A DNA stretch of 64,000 nucleotides from an uncultured Clostridia bacterium (lineage in GTDB: Bacteria > Bacillota > Clostridia > HGM11327). The stretch spans positions 915-64,914 of the forward strand of contig CAMEIT010000001.1 of NCBI GenBank assembly GCA_945918795.1, in the 5' to 3' direction. Both the position numbers and the translations under genes were made by a program. Below, piece by piece: positions 11,286-22,650 of the stretch (position 1 is its first letter; each line of letters opens with the position of its first letter). The notes beneath the pieces were generated by a model that worked only from the letters and a program-made list of their open reading frames with translations, ran no database searches and was not told the origin of the DNA.

Positions 11286-12945
11286 CCACCTTTACAATAA
11301 TGTCATCCATGCTTCCGCCCGGAGGCAACATGGGGAGAACAAATTCATCTTTATCTATTGCGCAATCGATTACATACACTCCGTTATAATCAAATGCACG
11401 CTTTAATGCCTCGTCAAGTGCTTTTGTATCCGATACCGCCTCTCCGTCTGCACCGAATGCACGCGCAAGAGCCACAAAATCGGTTTTGCGGTTAAGTACC
11501 GTATTTGAATAATGCTTGTCAAAGAACAGCGTCTGCCACTGTCTTACCATTCCGAGCACGCCGTTATTCATAATCAGAATTACAAGCGGCACGTTATACG
11601 AAACGGCAGTAGCAAGCTCATTCAAGCACATACCGAAGCTTCCGTCGCCCGTTACCAGAACACTGCGTTCCTTTGTGCCGAACGCCGCGCCGATAGCAGC
11701 TCCCAAGCCATACCCCATTGTGCCGAGGCCTCCGCTTGATACAAAGCGTCTTGCCTTCTTGAAGCACAAATTCTGTGCCGACCACATCTGATGCTGACCG
11801 ACGTCTGTTGCAACAGCAGTATTATCACCAAGATACTTATTCAACGTCAGTATAGCTCTGCGCGGTGTAAGACCGTCACGGTTGTCAATATAGTCTGACT
11901 CTTCCTTTTTGAAAAGATTTATTGTATCATTCCAATTCGATTTTTTGTTTTCCGTAATAAGAGGAAGTAATTTTTCAAGCGTAAGCTTTACATCGCCCCT
12001 CAGTCCGCACACTGCATTTACATTTTTGGAAAGCTCGGAGCCGTCCACATCGATATGAATTATTTTGGCACCTGCCGCAAATTTCGCACGGTTGCCCGTA
12101 ACTCTGTCGTTAAATCTTACCCCGAGCGATATGATAAGATCCGCATGGTGCATAGCCATAGACGAAGCATAATGCCCGTGCATTCCCTGCATACCGAGAA
12201 ATCTCGGGTGTTGCGTCGGTATTCCCGAAAGTCCCATAAGCGAACAACCGATAGGTGCGTCTATTTTTTCGGCAAGGCAAAGCATTTCGTCCTGTGCCCC
12301 GGAAGTAATAAGACCGCCCCCAAAATAAATATAAGGTCTTTTGGACATATTTATATATTCCGCCGCTTCCTTTATGCGTACATCCTTTGCCGCCAAAGGC
12401 TGATCCGCTTCAACCGGAGGCTCCGGCGTATATTCGCATTTTGCTATCTGTACGTCCTTAGGTATATCTATAAGTATAGGACCGGGTCTACCCGATTTTG
12501 CAAGCTTGAATGCTTCTCTTATTGTGTCTGCAAGATGCTCAACCGAACCGACAAAATAATTATGCTTTGTTATGGGGAGTGTAACGCCCGTAATATCGAT
12601 TTCCTGGAAGCTGTCGGTACCTATCTGAGTTGTCGGCACGTTGCCGCAAATGGCGACTAACGGAACGGAATCAAGATATGCCGTTGCAATGCCCGTGACA
12701 AGATTCGTTGCTCCGGGGCCTGATGTGGAAATAACGACTCCGACCTTGCCCGTAGTTCTTGCATATCCGTCCGCCGCGTGAGCAGCACCCTGTTCATGTG
12801 CCGTCAGAACATGATTTATCTCATTGCTGTATTTATAAAGGCTGTCATAAACATTTATTATTTGTCCGCCCGGATAGCCGAACACGGTATCACAGCCCTG
12901 TTCTATAAGTGTTTTAACAACAATATCCGCGCCTGAAAGAACCAT
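11278..12945 (-). CDS. ilvB: Acetolactate synthase large subunit (TPP-dependent)
   Basis: TPP-binding motif GDGSFGM, 555 aa. Confidence 0.95.
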   Translation of the reverse strand: MVLSGADIVVKTLIEQGCDTVFGYPGGQIINVYDSLYKYSNEINHVLTAHEQGAAHAADGYARTTGKVGVVISTSGPGATNLVTGIATAYLDSVPLVAICGNVPTTQIGTDSFQEIDITGVTLPITKHNYFVGSVEHLADTIREAFKLAKSGRPGPILIDIPKDVQIAKCEYTPEPPVEADQPLAAKDVRIKEAAEYINMSKRPYIYFGGGLITSGAQDEMLCLAEKIDAPIGCSLMGLSGIPTQHPRFLGMQGMHGHYASSMAMHHADLIISLGVRFNDRVTGNRAKFAAGAKIIHIDVDGSELSKNVNAVCGLRGDVKLTLEKLLPLITENKKSNWNDTINLFKKEESDYIDNRDGLTPRRAILTLNKYLGDNTAVATDVGQHQMWSAQNLCFKKARRFVSSGGLGTMGYGLGAAIGAAFGTKERSVLVTGDGSFGMCLNELATAVSYNVPLVILIMNNGVLGMVRQWQTLFFDKHYSNTVLNRKTDFVALARAFGADGEAVSDTKALDEALKRAFDYNGVYVIDCAIDKDEFVLPMLPPGGSMDDIIVKVGD

Positions 12946-12946
12946 A

Positions 12947-14038
12947 TTATTCCTCCCTCTTCAGGTTTTTGATAATGAGGCTTCCGCACTCGGAACAACC
13001 AACCTGTATTTTTCCCGCACTCATAATATCAGCCGTGCGGTAGCCTTCGTCAAGATAAGCCGAAACGGCATTTTCAATAGCATCTGCTTCCTTCGGCATA
13101 TCAAAGCTGAATCTGAGCATCATAGCCGCCGAAAGAATAGTACCTATCGGATTTGCTATATCCTTTCCGGCTATATCAGGTGCCGAGCCATGAATCGGTT
13201 CATAAAGACCGCATGATGCAGCACCGAGGCTTGACGACGGTATCATACCGATAGAGCCTGTTATCATCGATGCCTCGTCCGAAAGAATATCTCCGAACAT
13301 ATTTTCCGTTACAATTACGTCAAACTGCGACGGATTCTTTACTATCTGCATTGCGCAGTTGTCAACAAGCATATCCGAAAGCTCAACATCGGTATATTCA
13401 TTTGCCAGGCGGTGCATAACGCTCTTCCAGAGGCGGCTCGAATCGAGAACATTGCTTTTTTCAACGGAGCAAAGCTTTTTGTTTCTCTTTCTTGCCGTTT
13501 CAAAGCCTATTCTTCCTATTCTCTCGATCTCCTCTTCGCTGTATGTCAGAATATCCACAGCACGTGCTTTTCCGTTTGTATATTCTGTTTTGTGCTCGCC
13601 GAAGTAAATTCCGCCTATAAGCTCTCTTACGATTATAAAGTCAATGCCCTTGTCCACAATTTCCTTTTTGAGAGGTGAGGCATCTGCAAGCTGAGGCCAT
13701 ATTTTTGCAGGGCGGTTGTTACTGTAAACGCCCATTCCCGCGCGAAGACGAAGCAAGCCCTTTTCCGGACGCATATTACCCGGAACATTATTCCACTTCT
13801 CTCCGCCAACAGCCCCCAGCAAAACGCTGTCGGACTCAACGCATTTTTTGAGCATATCCTCAGGGAGCGGATCCCCCCACTTGTCAATAGCACAGCCGCC
13901 CATATCAACGTCCGTATAATTGAACGTATGGCCGTAAAGCTCTGCTATTCTGTCAAGCACTTTGATTGCCTGGTCCACAATTTCCGGGCCTATTCCGTCG
14001 CCGCGGATTACGGCAATATTCTCAGTCATTTGATTCAC
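12947..14038 (-). CDS. leuB: 3-isopropylmalate dehydrogenase
   Basis: Isocitrate/IPM dehydrogenase family motifs, 363 aa. Confidence 0.9.
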   Translation of the reverse strand: MNQMTENIAVIRGDGIGPEIVDQAIKVLDRIAELYGHTFNYTDVDMGGCAIDKWGDPLPEDMLKKCVESDSVLLGAVGGEKWNNVPGNMRPEKGLLRLRAGMGVYSNNRPAKIWPQLADASPLKKEIVDKGIDFIIVRELIGGIYFGEHKTEYTNGKARAVDILTYSEEEIERIGRIGFETARKRNKKLCSVEKSNVLDSSRLWKSVMHRLANEYTDVELSDMLVDNCAMQIVKNPSQFDVIVTENMFGDILSDEASMITGSIGMIPSSSLGAASCGLYEPIHGSAPDIAGKDIANPIGTILSAAMMLRFSFDMPKEADAIENAVSAYLDEGYRTADIMSAGKIQVGCSECGSLIIKNLKREE

Positions 14039-14525
14039 CTGCCTTTAATGAAGCAAGCAAGCCGCCGCATCTGATTATGTTTTGTATGAACTCGGGGAAC
14101 GGCTGTGCTTTATAGCTTTTCCCGGTTGTATTATCCGTAATAACGCCTGTGTCAAAATCTACATTCACTTCGTCGTTTGCGCTGATTTCATCTGCCGCCT
14201 CGGGGCATTCCAGAATCGGAAGTCCTATATTTATTGCATTGCGGTAGAAAATTCTCGCAAAGCTCTTTGCAATGACACAGCCTGTTCCGCAGGTTTTGAT
14301 AACAAGCGGAGCGTGCTCACGCGAAGAACCGCAACCGAAATTGTATCCTGCTACAATTATATCACCTTTTTCCACGTTTTTCACAAAATCTTTATCTATA
14401 TCCTCCATGCAGTGCAGTGCAAGCTCTTGTGCGTTCGGAGTATTCAGATAACGAGCGGGAATTATAACGTCCGTATCAACGTTGTCATTATATTTGAAGA
14501 CTTTACCTTGTGTATTCATTTTCAA
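14022..14525 (-). CDS. leuD: 3-isopropylmalate dehydratase small subunit
   Basis: Aconitase swivel domain, 167 aa. Confidence 0.9.
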   Translation of the reverse strand: MKMNTQGKVFKYNDNVDTDVIIPARYLNTPNAQELALHCMEDIDKDFVKNVEKGDIIVAGYNFGCGSSREHAPLVIKTCGTGCVIAKSFARIFYRNAINIGLPILECPEAADEISANDEVNVDFDTGVITDNTTGKSYKAQPFPEFIQNIIRCGGLLASLKAGESND

Positions 14526-15781
14526 ACCTCCTTATATTCGGTTATATAGCCCGTCAATGCGCTTGATGCCGCCGTTTGAGGAGAAGCAAGATATACCTCG
14601 CTTTCAGTATGACCCATTCTGCCTACAAAATTTCGGTTTGTAGTGGCAATACAGCGTTCGCCTGCCGCAAGAATGCCCATATATCCGCCGAGGCACGGTC
14701 CGCAGGTCGGCGTTGATACTACCGCACCGGCATCTATAAACGCCGTGTACCAGCCGCGCTCAACGCACTCGCGCAGAATCTTCATAGTACCCGGAATGAT
14801 TATGCAGCGTATGCCGTCGGCAATGTGCTTGCCCTTCAATATGTTGTAAGCCGCCTCCATATCTTCCATTCTTCCGTTCGTACAGCTTCCTATTACGACC
14901 TGGTCAATCTTTATGTCGCCGAGCTCGCTTGCAGGGCGCGTATTTTCGGGAAGATGCGGACACGCAACAGTCGGCACTATTTTACTCAGATCGATTTTAA
15001 TCTCTCTTTCGTACTCGGCGTCCTCGTCTGCCTCAAAAATCACAGGCTCACGTTCACATCTGCCCTTTATGTATTCCTTTGTTTTTTCGTCCACAGGGAA
15101 AATTCCGTTCTTGGCACCTGCCTCAATAGCCATATTGCAAATGCAGAAGCGGTCGTCCATTGAAAGCTCACCGATGCCGTCGCCAGCAAATTCCATACTG
15201 CGGTAAAGCGCGCCGTCAACGCCTATCATTCCTATTATTGTAAGGATTACGTCCTTACCACTGCAATTCTTCGGCAATTTACCCGTAAGATTGAATTTTA
15301 TAGCCGAGGGCACCTTGAACCATGCAATACCCGTTGCCATGCCTGCCGCCATATCGGTAGAGCCGACGCCCGTTGAAAATGCTCCGAGAGCACCGTAAGT
15401 ACACGTGTGGCTGTCTGCACCTATAATACAGTCGCCTGCCGTTACTATTCCCTGCTCGGGCAAGAAAGCGTGCTCGATACCCATTTTACCCACATCATAA
15501 AAGTGGCTTACGCAGTGAGCACAAGCAAACTCACGGCACGTTTTTGACTGTTCGGCTGCCTTTATGTCCTTATTCGGAACAAAGTGGTCAAGAACAATAG
15601 CTACTCTGTCCTTATCAAATACCGAATCAAAGCCGGCTTTTTTGAATTCGTTCACGGCGACAGGCGTAGTAATATCATTTCCGAGGACAATGTCGAGCTT
15701 CGCCTTGATAAGCTGTCCCGGTGTGACCTCGTCGAGTCCTGCGTGCGCCGCCAATATTTTCTGAGTCATTGTCATTCCCAT
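14522..15781 (-). CDS. leuC: 3-isopropylmalate dehydratase large subunit
   Basis: Aconitase-family cluster ligands ([13 protein letters not shown]), 419 aa. Confidence 0.9.
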   Translation of the reverse strand: MGMTMTQKILAAHAGLDEVTPGQLIKAKLDIVLGNDITTPVAVNEFKKAGFDSVFDKDRVAIVLDHFVPNKDIKAAEQSKTCREFACAHCVSHFYDVGKMGIEHAFLPEQGIVTAGDCIIGADSHTCTYGALGAFSTGVGSTDMAAGMATGIAWFKVPSAIKFNLTGKLPKNCSGKDVILTIIGMIGVDGALYRSMEFAGDGIGELSMDDRFCICNMAIEAGAKNGIFPVDEKTKEYIKGRCEREPVIFEADEDAEYEREIKIDLSKIVPTVACPHLPENTRPASELGDIKIDQVVIGSCTNGRMEDMEAAYNILKGKHIADGIRCIIIPGTMKILRECVERGWYTAFIDAGAVVSTPTCGPCLGGYMGILAAGERCIATTNRNFVGRMGHTESEVYLASPQTAASSALTGYITEYKEV

Positions 15782-15782
15782 T

Positions 15783-17456
15783 TTAATTTTCTCCTTTGGT
15801 CATATTATGAAAAGCGCTGAGCAGAGCATTTGTGCTTGCCTTGATAACGTCTGTATCAGTACCTGCACCCCAGAACATATCGCCGTTTGAACGTTCAAGA
15901 CCTATATAAGATGCGGCTACGCTCTGCGAACCCTGTCCCTGCATACTGTGCTGAGTAAATACCTGCAATGTATATTCCTCGCCCGTGTATGCTTTGAGTG
16001 CGTTATTTATCGCGCTGAGAGAGCCGTTGCCCTCTGCTTCCATTTCTGTTTCCTTGCCGTCACGCATAAACGTTATGTTTATTTTTACTGTATCGTTTTC
16101 ACGCATAAAGTCAAAATCCGTAACGCTTATATCGGATGTTATATTAAGATAATTCTCGTTGAATATCTCAAGTACCTCATGCGGCTTAAGCTCCTTATGT
16201 TCTCTGTCCGAAATATCCTTGCATTTATAGCTGAATTGTTCGCGCATTTTCGGCGGCAGAATATATCCGTAGCTGTGCTCGAGCAGATAACCTATACCGC
16301 CCTTGCCCGACTGTGAGTTCACACGTATTACGTCGGCATCGTATGTTCTGCCTATATCCTTCGGGTCGATAGGAATATAAGGAACAGTCCACTGATGAAG
16401 CTTGTGTTTGTTCCTGTATTTCATGCCCTTTGCGATTGCGTCCTGATGACTTCCCGAAAAAGCCGCAAATACGAGCGCACCTGCATACGGTGCTCTTTCG
16501 TATACGTGCATTCTCGTGCATTTTTCATATTCTTCAACGAGATAATTCATGTCCGACAAATCAAGCTTTGGGTCAACGCCGTGAGAATACATATTCAGCG
16601 CAAGAGTCACTATATCAACATTGCCCGTTCTCTCGCCGTTTCCGAAGAGCGTACCTTCAACTCGGTCTGCTCCCGCAAGAAGTGCAAGCTCCGTATCGGC
16701 AACGCCTGTGCCCCTGTCGTTATGCGGATGAAGCGACAGCGTCACATATTCGCGGTATTTGAGATTTTCGCTCATGTATTCCACCTGAGAAGCATACACG
16801 TGAGGCAAGCTCATTTCCACAGTAACGGGAAGATTTATTATTACATTGTTTGTCTCGCTCGGCTCCAGAACATCGAGAACAGCATTGCATACCTCAAGAG
16901 CATATTCAGGCTCAGTGCCCGTAAATGATTCCGGCGAATATTCAAATCTGAAGTTTCCCTCATATTCACTCGCAAGTCTTTTTACGAGCTTTGCGCCGTC
17001 AACCGCTATCTGTTTTATTTCTTCTTTCGATTTTCCGAACACCTGTTCGCGCTGTGCCACGCTTACCGAATTGTAAAAATGGATTATTGCACTTGGTGCT
17101 CCCCTGCAAGCGTCAAACGTCTTGCGGATTATATGCTCGCGGCACTGTGTGAGCACCTGAACAGTAACGTCATCCGGAATCATGTTGTTGTCAATGAGCG
17201 TTCTCAAAAACTCATATTCAGTCTCGCTCGCCGCAGGAAATCCCACCTCAATTTCCTTGAAGCCCACCTTGAGGAGAACCTTATAGTATTCAAGCTTTTC
17301 CTCCAGGCTCATAGGTATAACGAGGCTCTGATTGCCGTCTCGCATATCGACACTGCACCATATGGGAGGTGCTTCGATATGGTCCTTTTTTACCCATTTA
17401 TTGTATTCCTCGGATACCGGAAAGTACCCCACTCGATATTTTGTTGCATCTAACAT
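15783..17456 (-). CDS. leuA: 2-isopropylmalate synthase (long, LeuA type-2 form)
   Basis: [11 protein letters not shown] and HPHNDRGTG motifs, 557 aa. Confidence 0.9.
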   Translation of the reverse strand: MLDATKYRVGYFPVSEEYNKWVKKDHIEAPPIWCSVDMRDGNQSLVIPMSLEEKLEYYKVLLKVGFKEIEVGFPAASETEYEFLRTLIDNNMIPDDVTVQVLTQCREHIIRKTFDACRGAPSAIIHFYNSVSVAQREQVFGKSKEEIKQIAVDGAKLVKRLASEYEGNFRFEYSPESFTGTEPEYALEVCNAVLDVLEPSETNNVIINLPVTVEMSLPHVYASQVEYMSENLKYREYVTLSLHPHNDRGTGVADTELALLAGADRVEGTLFGNGERTGNVDIVTLALNMYSHGVDPKLDLSDMNYLVEEYEKCTRMHVYERAPYAGALVFAAFSGSHQDAIAKGMKYRNKHKLHQWTVPYIPIDPKDIGRTYDADVIRVNSQSGKGGIGYLLEHSYGYILPPKMREQFSYKCKDISDREHKELKPHEVLEIFNENYLNITSDISVTDFDFMRENDTVKINITFMRDGKETEMEAEGNGSLSAINNALKAYTGEEYTLQVFTQHSMQGQGSQSVAASYIGLERSNGDMFWGAGTDTDVIKASTNALLSAFHNMTKGEN

Positions 17457-17464
17457 ATATAAAA

Positions 17465-17842
17465 CTACTCCTTTTCCGCAATTACATCAATCTCAACCAA
17501 GGCTCCCTTGGGCAGTGCTTTTACAGCTACGCATGAGCGCGCCGGCTTGCCCGTAAAATATTCGGCATACACCTCGTTAAAATCCGCAAAATCCTCCATA
17601 TTGGCAAGATAGCATACCGTTTTCACCGCGCTTGCAAGAGATGCCCCTGCCTCGCACAAAACAGCCTCAAGATTTTTGCAAACTCTGTGCGTCTGCTCCT
17701 TGACAGTTGTCCCCTCAAGCAGTCCCGTTTGAGGATTAATCGGAATCTGTCCGGATGTAAAAACCGTATTTCCCACAACTATCGCCTGCGAATAAGGTCC
17801 TATTGCCGCAGGCGCCTTTTCTGTATGAATTTTAATGCTCAT
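17465..17842 (-). CDS. ridA: RidA family reactive-enamine deaminase
   Basis: APAAIGPYSQAIVVGNTVFTSGQIP, 125 aa. Confidence 0.9.
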   Translation of the reverse strand: MSIKIHTEKAPAAIGPYSQAIVVGNTVFTSGQIPINPQTGLLEGTTVKEQTHRVCKNLEAVLCEAGASLASAVKTVCYLANMEDFADFNEVYAEYFTGKPARSCVAVKALPKGALVEIDVIAEKE

Positions 17843-17862
17843 AAATCCGTCCTCCCAAAAAT

Positions 17863-19050
17863 TTACAATATTTTAAATCCTTCATCACGCAGAGACTGTG
17901 TGATAAGTCTTACGTGTTCATAATCTCTTGTTTCCATTTCAATGCGCAAAAAGCAACCGTTTACGCTTTCCGTATTGCCTTTTTCGTAATGCACTCCCGT
18001 AACATTTCCGCCGCAGTCCGCAATTATCCGCGAAATATCCTTAAGCTGTCCGGGCTTGTCTATCAGTTCTATAAGAAGACTCGATGAACGCCCCGTATTA
18101 AGCAGACCTCTGTCTATAACTCGCGAAAGGCTCGTAACGTCAATATTTCCGCCCGATACCACGCTCACAACTCTCTTGCCCTTAAGCGGGAACTTGTCAA
18201 ACATTACTGCCGCAACAGCCGCCGCGCCTGCGCCCTCCGCAATCATTTTTTGTTTTTCAATCAGTGCAAGTATGGCACTTGCAACCTCGTCATCACTTAC
18301 CAAAGCGATGTCATCAACATAATCATTTACAAGAGCATACGTATTTTCGCCCGGCTGTTTAACCGCAATGCCGTCTGCAATAGTATGTACCGATTTCAGA
18401 CATTCGATTTTATTGTTCTTTATCGAATTGTACATACTCGGTGCTCCCGTCACCTGCACGCCGTAAACCTTTACCGAAGGGCGTATCTGCTTTACGGTAT
18501 ACGCGATGCCCGAAATCAAGCCGCCGCCTCCGACAGGCACCGTAATCGCATCGATATTATCAATATCATTCAATATTCAAGCGCTATTGTTCCCTGCCCC
18601 GCAATAACGTTTTCATCGTCAAAAGGATGAACAAAAGTATAACCCTTGCTCTCTTTCAGCTCAAGAGCTTTCCTGTATGCGTCATCGTAACAGCCCTCTA
18701 CAAGGCAAACATCCGCGCCGAAGCGCTTTGTTGCTTCGACCTTTGAGATAGGTGCCGTATCAGGCAGACAAATCAATGATTTTATTCCGTTTTTTTGCCG
18801 CAAGCGCCACACCCTGAGCATGATTGCCGGCTGAGCAGGCAATAACGTCCCTTTGTTTTTCTTCCTCTGAGAGCATTGCGATCTTATATGCCGCGCCCCT
18901 CACCTTGAACGAGCCCGTAATCTGTAAGTTTTCCGGTTTTAAGTACAGCTCGCACTCCGGCGCAATGCCGTAAGCCCTTACAAGATCGGTTTCACGTATT
19001 ATATTTTTCAGCACAGTCTGTGCGTTAAACACTTTGTCAAGCGTCAGCAT
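17863..19050 (-). pseudogene. ilvA: Threonine dehydratase (ilvA) split into three ORFs by two single-base frameshifts
   Basis: The N-terminal piece 18760..19050 carries SFKVRGA and SAGNHAQGVA. The middle piece 18570..18842 reads ...ICLPDTAPISKVEATKRFGADV. The C-terminal piece 17863..18573 carries VPVGGGGLISG plus an ACT-like tail. The frame changes fall at an A7/T7 run (18790-18796) and at gaatattg (about 18570-18578). Confidence 0.8.
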
Positions 19051-19086
19051 TAAATAAACCTCCTCAAATTGCAACAAGTATAACAA

Positions 19087-19420
19087 AAACCCGTCTCAAA
19101 GCCTTATTTAAGCTTTGAGACGGGTATAAATTACAGCATTTACACTCGCGGTACCACTCAAATTGCGGATACACTTGTCCGCCACCTCTTCGAAGTCAAT
19201 CAACTTCTATGCACTTACGCAGCATTCGCGGGGAGCGCCTACACGGTATTATGTATACCTTTCGGACTTCCGGCTCAAAAGTGATAGGAAATTCTGCAGT
19301 CCTTTATCGGGTTTCCACCGTCCCCGACTCTCTGAGAAAATCGTTGCAGGTTCCGTCTTTATCAACGCCTTTATTTTTCGAAGTCTATCAACCTCTATGC
19401 ATTTACGCAGCAATCACGTG
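19087..19420 (-). promoter_or_regulatory. T-box riboswitch leader upstream of ilvA, with the terminator hairpin at 19090-19128
   Basis: The minus strand carries AATTTGAGTGGTACCGCGAG (T-box consensus AATTAGGGTGGTACCGCG), an AGAGAG stem-I motif, and then the hairpin cccgtctcaaagc...gctttgagacggg plus a TTTTT run immediately 5' of ilvA. The UGGU bulge fits a discriminator A, as in Leu, Ile and Val tRNAs. Confidence 0.75.
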
Positions 19421-19574
19421 ATCCCCTACTTTTTCATAAAGATGTTCAGGCATCCGGCTCGGAAGGGAGAAATCTCAAGCATATCCATACCGATTTGCAT
19501 CGTCCATCGGCTTTCTGCAATGTTTCCGCTCAGACAGTCTTCGTCATCGCCTTTAGTATTATTTAATTTCGCAT

Positions 19575-19603
19575 ATTATAACACAGGAAATAATCGTTGT
19601 CAA
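19575..19603 (-). promoter_or_regulatory. Consensus sigma-A promoter of the ilv-leu operon
   Basis: Minus-strand TTGACA, a 17-nt spacer, then TATAAT. Confidence 0.7.
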
Positions 19604-19607
19604 GGAT

Positions 19608-19654
19608 TTTTTGTTAAGTATTTGCCAAACTTTTTGTTAAGTATTTGTCAAGCT
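19608..19654 (-). repeat. Tandem 23-bp direct repeats just upstream of the ilv promoter (possible regulator sites or UP-like element)
   Basis: ttttttgttaagtatttgccaaac is followed by tttttgttaagtatttgtcaagc. On the minus strand each unit holds a TTGNCA hexamer. Confidence 0.5.
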
Positions 19655-19663
19655 TACCCTACA

Positions 19664-20470
19664 TCAGACATTCCTGTAAGGCTTATTCATATCAAGCTCC
19701 GCAAATTCATGTGCCGAATGACGTTTATCCTCAGGCGGAAGCTCGCGCCAGTTGCCGTACAGTGCCGAAAGATACTCTTCATATTTTTCAGGACCGTATA
19801 CAGACAGTCCCTCAAACGAATATACAGTCGGTTTGCCGTATATATCCTTTGACATTATCTCTTTTGTTCTGTACGGGCTTACAAGGTCGCCCACAAAGTC
19901 ACAATCGTCAAAATCACGCTGTGAGCATAATTTATCGATATTGACAGACATTTTTTTTTCGTTCAAAGGCAAGCACTTTCCTATTAAAGCGGCTACATTT
20001 TTCCACCATTTTCTGTCTTTTCTGTATGCGCACACACGCATTGCGCGCATCATATTGAGCCTGTCTATCTCTTTATAATTTTGTATTGCTTCATCATGGG
20101 AATTGCCTATACCGTCAAGTGGGAAAATATCGATATAAACACCTCTTTTTATATTGCGGCGCGCAACCTCTGTCATTGAAGTATTCGTATCGTAAAGCTT
20201 TGCATAAGCGTATACATAATCACGTGCCTCGCTCTTCGGTGATTCAACCACGTAATGCTCCTGCGGCTCTTTTAATAAGCGGATCAATTCTTCATAATCC
20301 TTTCTCGGCATTGCAATGTCAATATCATCGTCCCACGGTATAAATCCCTTATGACGTACAGCGCCGAGCATTGTTCCGCCTATAACATAATATCTCAGTT
20401 CATGCTCGTCAATATATTTTACAAGCCACGTGAGCATTTCCAAAAGTTTTGTTTGTAATGGGTTCAACAT
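19664..20470 (-). CDS. licD: LicD-family phospho-headgroup transferase
   Basis: IGGTMLGAVRHKGFIPWDDDIDIAMPR, a DxD nucleotidyltransferase-fold motif. AGGTG sits 7 nt before the ATG at 20470. The longer ORF start at 20584 overlaps ppd and is unlikely. Confidence 0.8.
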   Translation of the reverse strand: MLNPLQTKLLEMLTWLVKYIDEHELRYYVIGGTMLGAVRHKGFIPWDDDIDIAMPRKDYEELIRLLKEPQEHYVVESPKSEARDYVYAYAKLYDTNTSMTEVARRNIKRGVYIDIFPLDGIGNSHDEAIQNYKEIDRLNMMRAMRVCAYRKDRKWWKNVAALIGKCLPLNEKKMSVNIDKLCSQRDFDDCDFVGDLVSPYRTKEIMSKDIYGKPTVYSFEGLSVYGPEKYEEYLSALYGNWRELPPEDKRHSAHEFAELDMNKPYRNV

Positions 20471-20493
20471 TTTTATCACCTTATTATACTGTA

Positions 20494-21612
20494 TTATTCT
20501 GCAAGCCGAGCCATAAAAGCTTCTTTGTTTTGTTTTGCAGTCGTCGTCGGGCGACCGAGATCGCCTCTGGCGCCTATTGCACATTTCACTTCAATTAATG
20601 AAAGCTTATTCCCGAGCTTTGCTTTATTAAGTTCTTCGTCCAACTTTTCAAACGAATCAACACTTACCGCATTCTCATATCCGCAGCCCTCAGCCACCTT
20701 TACCAGATCAACATTTGCCATTACAGTCGGCTGACCGCCCACCGTTTCATGTGCGCCGTTATTGATCACTATATGAACAACGTTTTCAGGAGCATTTGCG
20801 CCGAGCACTGCCATTGCACCCATGTGCATCAAAGCGGCACCGTCTCCGTCGATTATCCATATCTTTTTCTCCGGCTTTTGAAGAGCAATTTCAAGTGCAA
20901 TGCTCGAAGAATGTCCCATAGAGCCTACCGTCAGGAAATCGTATCCGTGAGATTGCTTGTTTGCCTCTCTTATTTCAAACAGCTCTCTTGAAGCCTTGCC
21001 TGTCGTGGAAACTATCGTATCATCAGCGCTTACTGCGGTAATATGCTTTATAATGTCTTCACGAAGCATTGTGTTATTGTTTTCATACTTGACCTTTCCG
21101 TCAAACTCAAGAGCGCCCTTTCTGACAACGAATGCTACCTGCTTTCCTTTTTTGAGGAGCACATTAAACTCTTGCATTTTCTCACGCACAGCCTCATCTG
21201 TTGTATCCTTTGAAATGATCATGTATGCAATATCCATATCCTCCAGAAGTCTGCACGTAACCTCGCCCTGATATATATGCTGCGGTTCGTCGTGAATACC
21301 CGGTTCGCCTCTCCAGCCCACTATGAAAATACACGGTATACCGTACACCTTATCATTCATAAGCGATGCAACGGGATTGATTATATTGCCAATGCCGCTG
21401 TTCTGCATATAAACAACAGGTGTTTTGCCCGTCGCCAGATGATAACCTGCCGCAAGGCCTACTGCGTTTCCCTCATTTGCGGCAATAATATGATTTGTTC
21501 CGTTCACGCCGTAAATAGAAATGATGTAATCGCACAGTGCTTTCAGCTGTGAATCAGGCACACCCGTAAAAAAATCGGCATTCAATATATTCACTAAGCT
21601 TTCCGCTTTCAT
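20494..21612 (-). CDS. ppd: Phosphonopyruvate decarboxylase (TPP-dependent)
   Basis: N-terminal FFTGVPDSQLKALCDYI and the TPP fold, 372 aa. Overlaps the upstream ADH gene. Confidence 0.8.
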   Translation of the reverse strand: MKAESLVNILNADFFTGVPDSQLKALCDYIISIYGVNGTNHIIAANEGNAVGLAAGYHLATGKTPVVYMQNSGIGNIINPVASLMNDKVYGIPCIFIVGWRGEPGIHDEPQHIYQGEVTCRLLEDMDIAYMIISKDTTDEAVREKMQEFNVLLKKGKQVAFVVRKGALEFDGKVKYENNNTMLREDIIKHITAVSADDTIVSTTGKASRELFEIREANKQSHGYDFLTVGSMGHSSSIALEIALQKPEKKIWIIDGDGAALMHMGAMAVLGANAPENVVHIVINNGAHETVGGQPTVMANVDLVKVAEGCGYENAVSVDSFEKLDEELNKAKLGNKLSLIEVKCAIGARGDLGRPTTTAKQNKEAFMARLAE

Positions 21613-22649
21613 TTAAGTATCCTCCCGTACATTTCTTTCAGTTCACTTTCCGTAAATTGAACAGGATTATTCTTCAGCCTTACAGGATTAACCGACTCCG
21701 CAAGAAGCGTTATTTCATGCTCTCTGTCTCCTGCCGCAGAAGGATTCTTAATGCCGTATTCGGATAATACATTTTTGAACCATTCAACGGCGTCCTGAGG
21801 CGTGCTTCTGCCCAATGCTTTTGCTATCTCGCAAAACAAGGCTGTAAGCTTACCTTCGCAGTCCTTTTTCAGCATCATGCTCCACACCTCGGGCAAGCAT
21901 ACCGCAACAGCATGACCGTGAGGCAAATTATACATCGACGTGAGCTTATAGCTCATTGCGTGTGCAGCCGTTGTCTGAGAAATATTTATTGCTCTGCCCG
22001 AATAATTTGCGCCCTCCATTATTTTTTCGGCTGCCGATTCGTCGTTTTCTTTTATGTAGCTGTCCATATTGGCTGTAATAAGCCGCATTGCCTTTTCGGA
22101 ATAAATTCTTGAATTAACATCGGCATTTACCGACCAATATGACTCTATGCCCTGACACAGTGCGTCAAGCATCGTACATTTTTTCTGATATAAAGGAAGT
22201 GTTTTCAAAACACCCGGTTCAAACAAAACGTAATCCGGGATCACCGACTCATTGCCCAATGATTCTTTACTGCCGTTTCTGTATACAACAATGTGCCTTG
22301 TCGATTCGCTTCCCGTGCCTGCGGTTGTCGGAACCGCGATAATCGGTATTGAAATTCCGGAATCAAGCTTAATGCACTTTGCAACATCAAGAGAGCTTCC
22401 GCCGCCTACCGCAACGATAACATCGCATTTTTCCCGCAACAATAATTTTACACCCTTTTCAGCGTCATCGTGAAGCGGATTCGATGTAAAAGCATCAAAT
22501 ACAGTATGCGGTATTGCAATATTTTCTATCGTATCCCTTATGTTAAGGAAGCGAAATGAAGCATCGCATACGAGCAAAAACTTTTTCGTGTTCAGATCGT
22601 TCAGAAGCTTTTCCAAATTTTCGATTCCGTTTATAAAAATCTGACTCAT
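21609..22649 (-). CDS. Group III iron-containing alcohol dehydrogenase, likely phosphonoacetaldehyde reductase (FomC/PhpC-like)
   Basis: The AVGGGSSLDVAK glycine-rich NAD motif and the His ligands of the Fe-ADH family. Sits between pepM and ppd. Confidence 0.65.
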   Translation of the reverse strand: MSQIFINGIENLEKLLNDLNTKKFLLVCDASFRFLNIRDTIENIAIPHTVFDAFTSNPLHDDAEKGVKLLLREKCDVIVAVGGGSSLDVAKCIKLDSGISIPIIAVPTTAGTGSESTRHIVVYRNGSKESLGNESVIPDYVLFEPGVLKTLPLYQKKCTMLDALCQGIESYWSVNADVNSRIYSEKAMRLITANMDSYIKENDESAAEKIMEGANYSGRAINISQTTAAHAMSYKLTSMYNLPHGHAVAVCLPEVWSMMLKKDCEGKLTALFCEIAKALGRSTPQDAVEWFKNVLSEYGIKNPSAAGDREHEITLLAESVNPVRLKNNPVQFTESELKEMYGRILK

Positions 22650-22650
22650 T

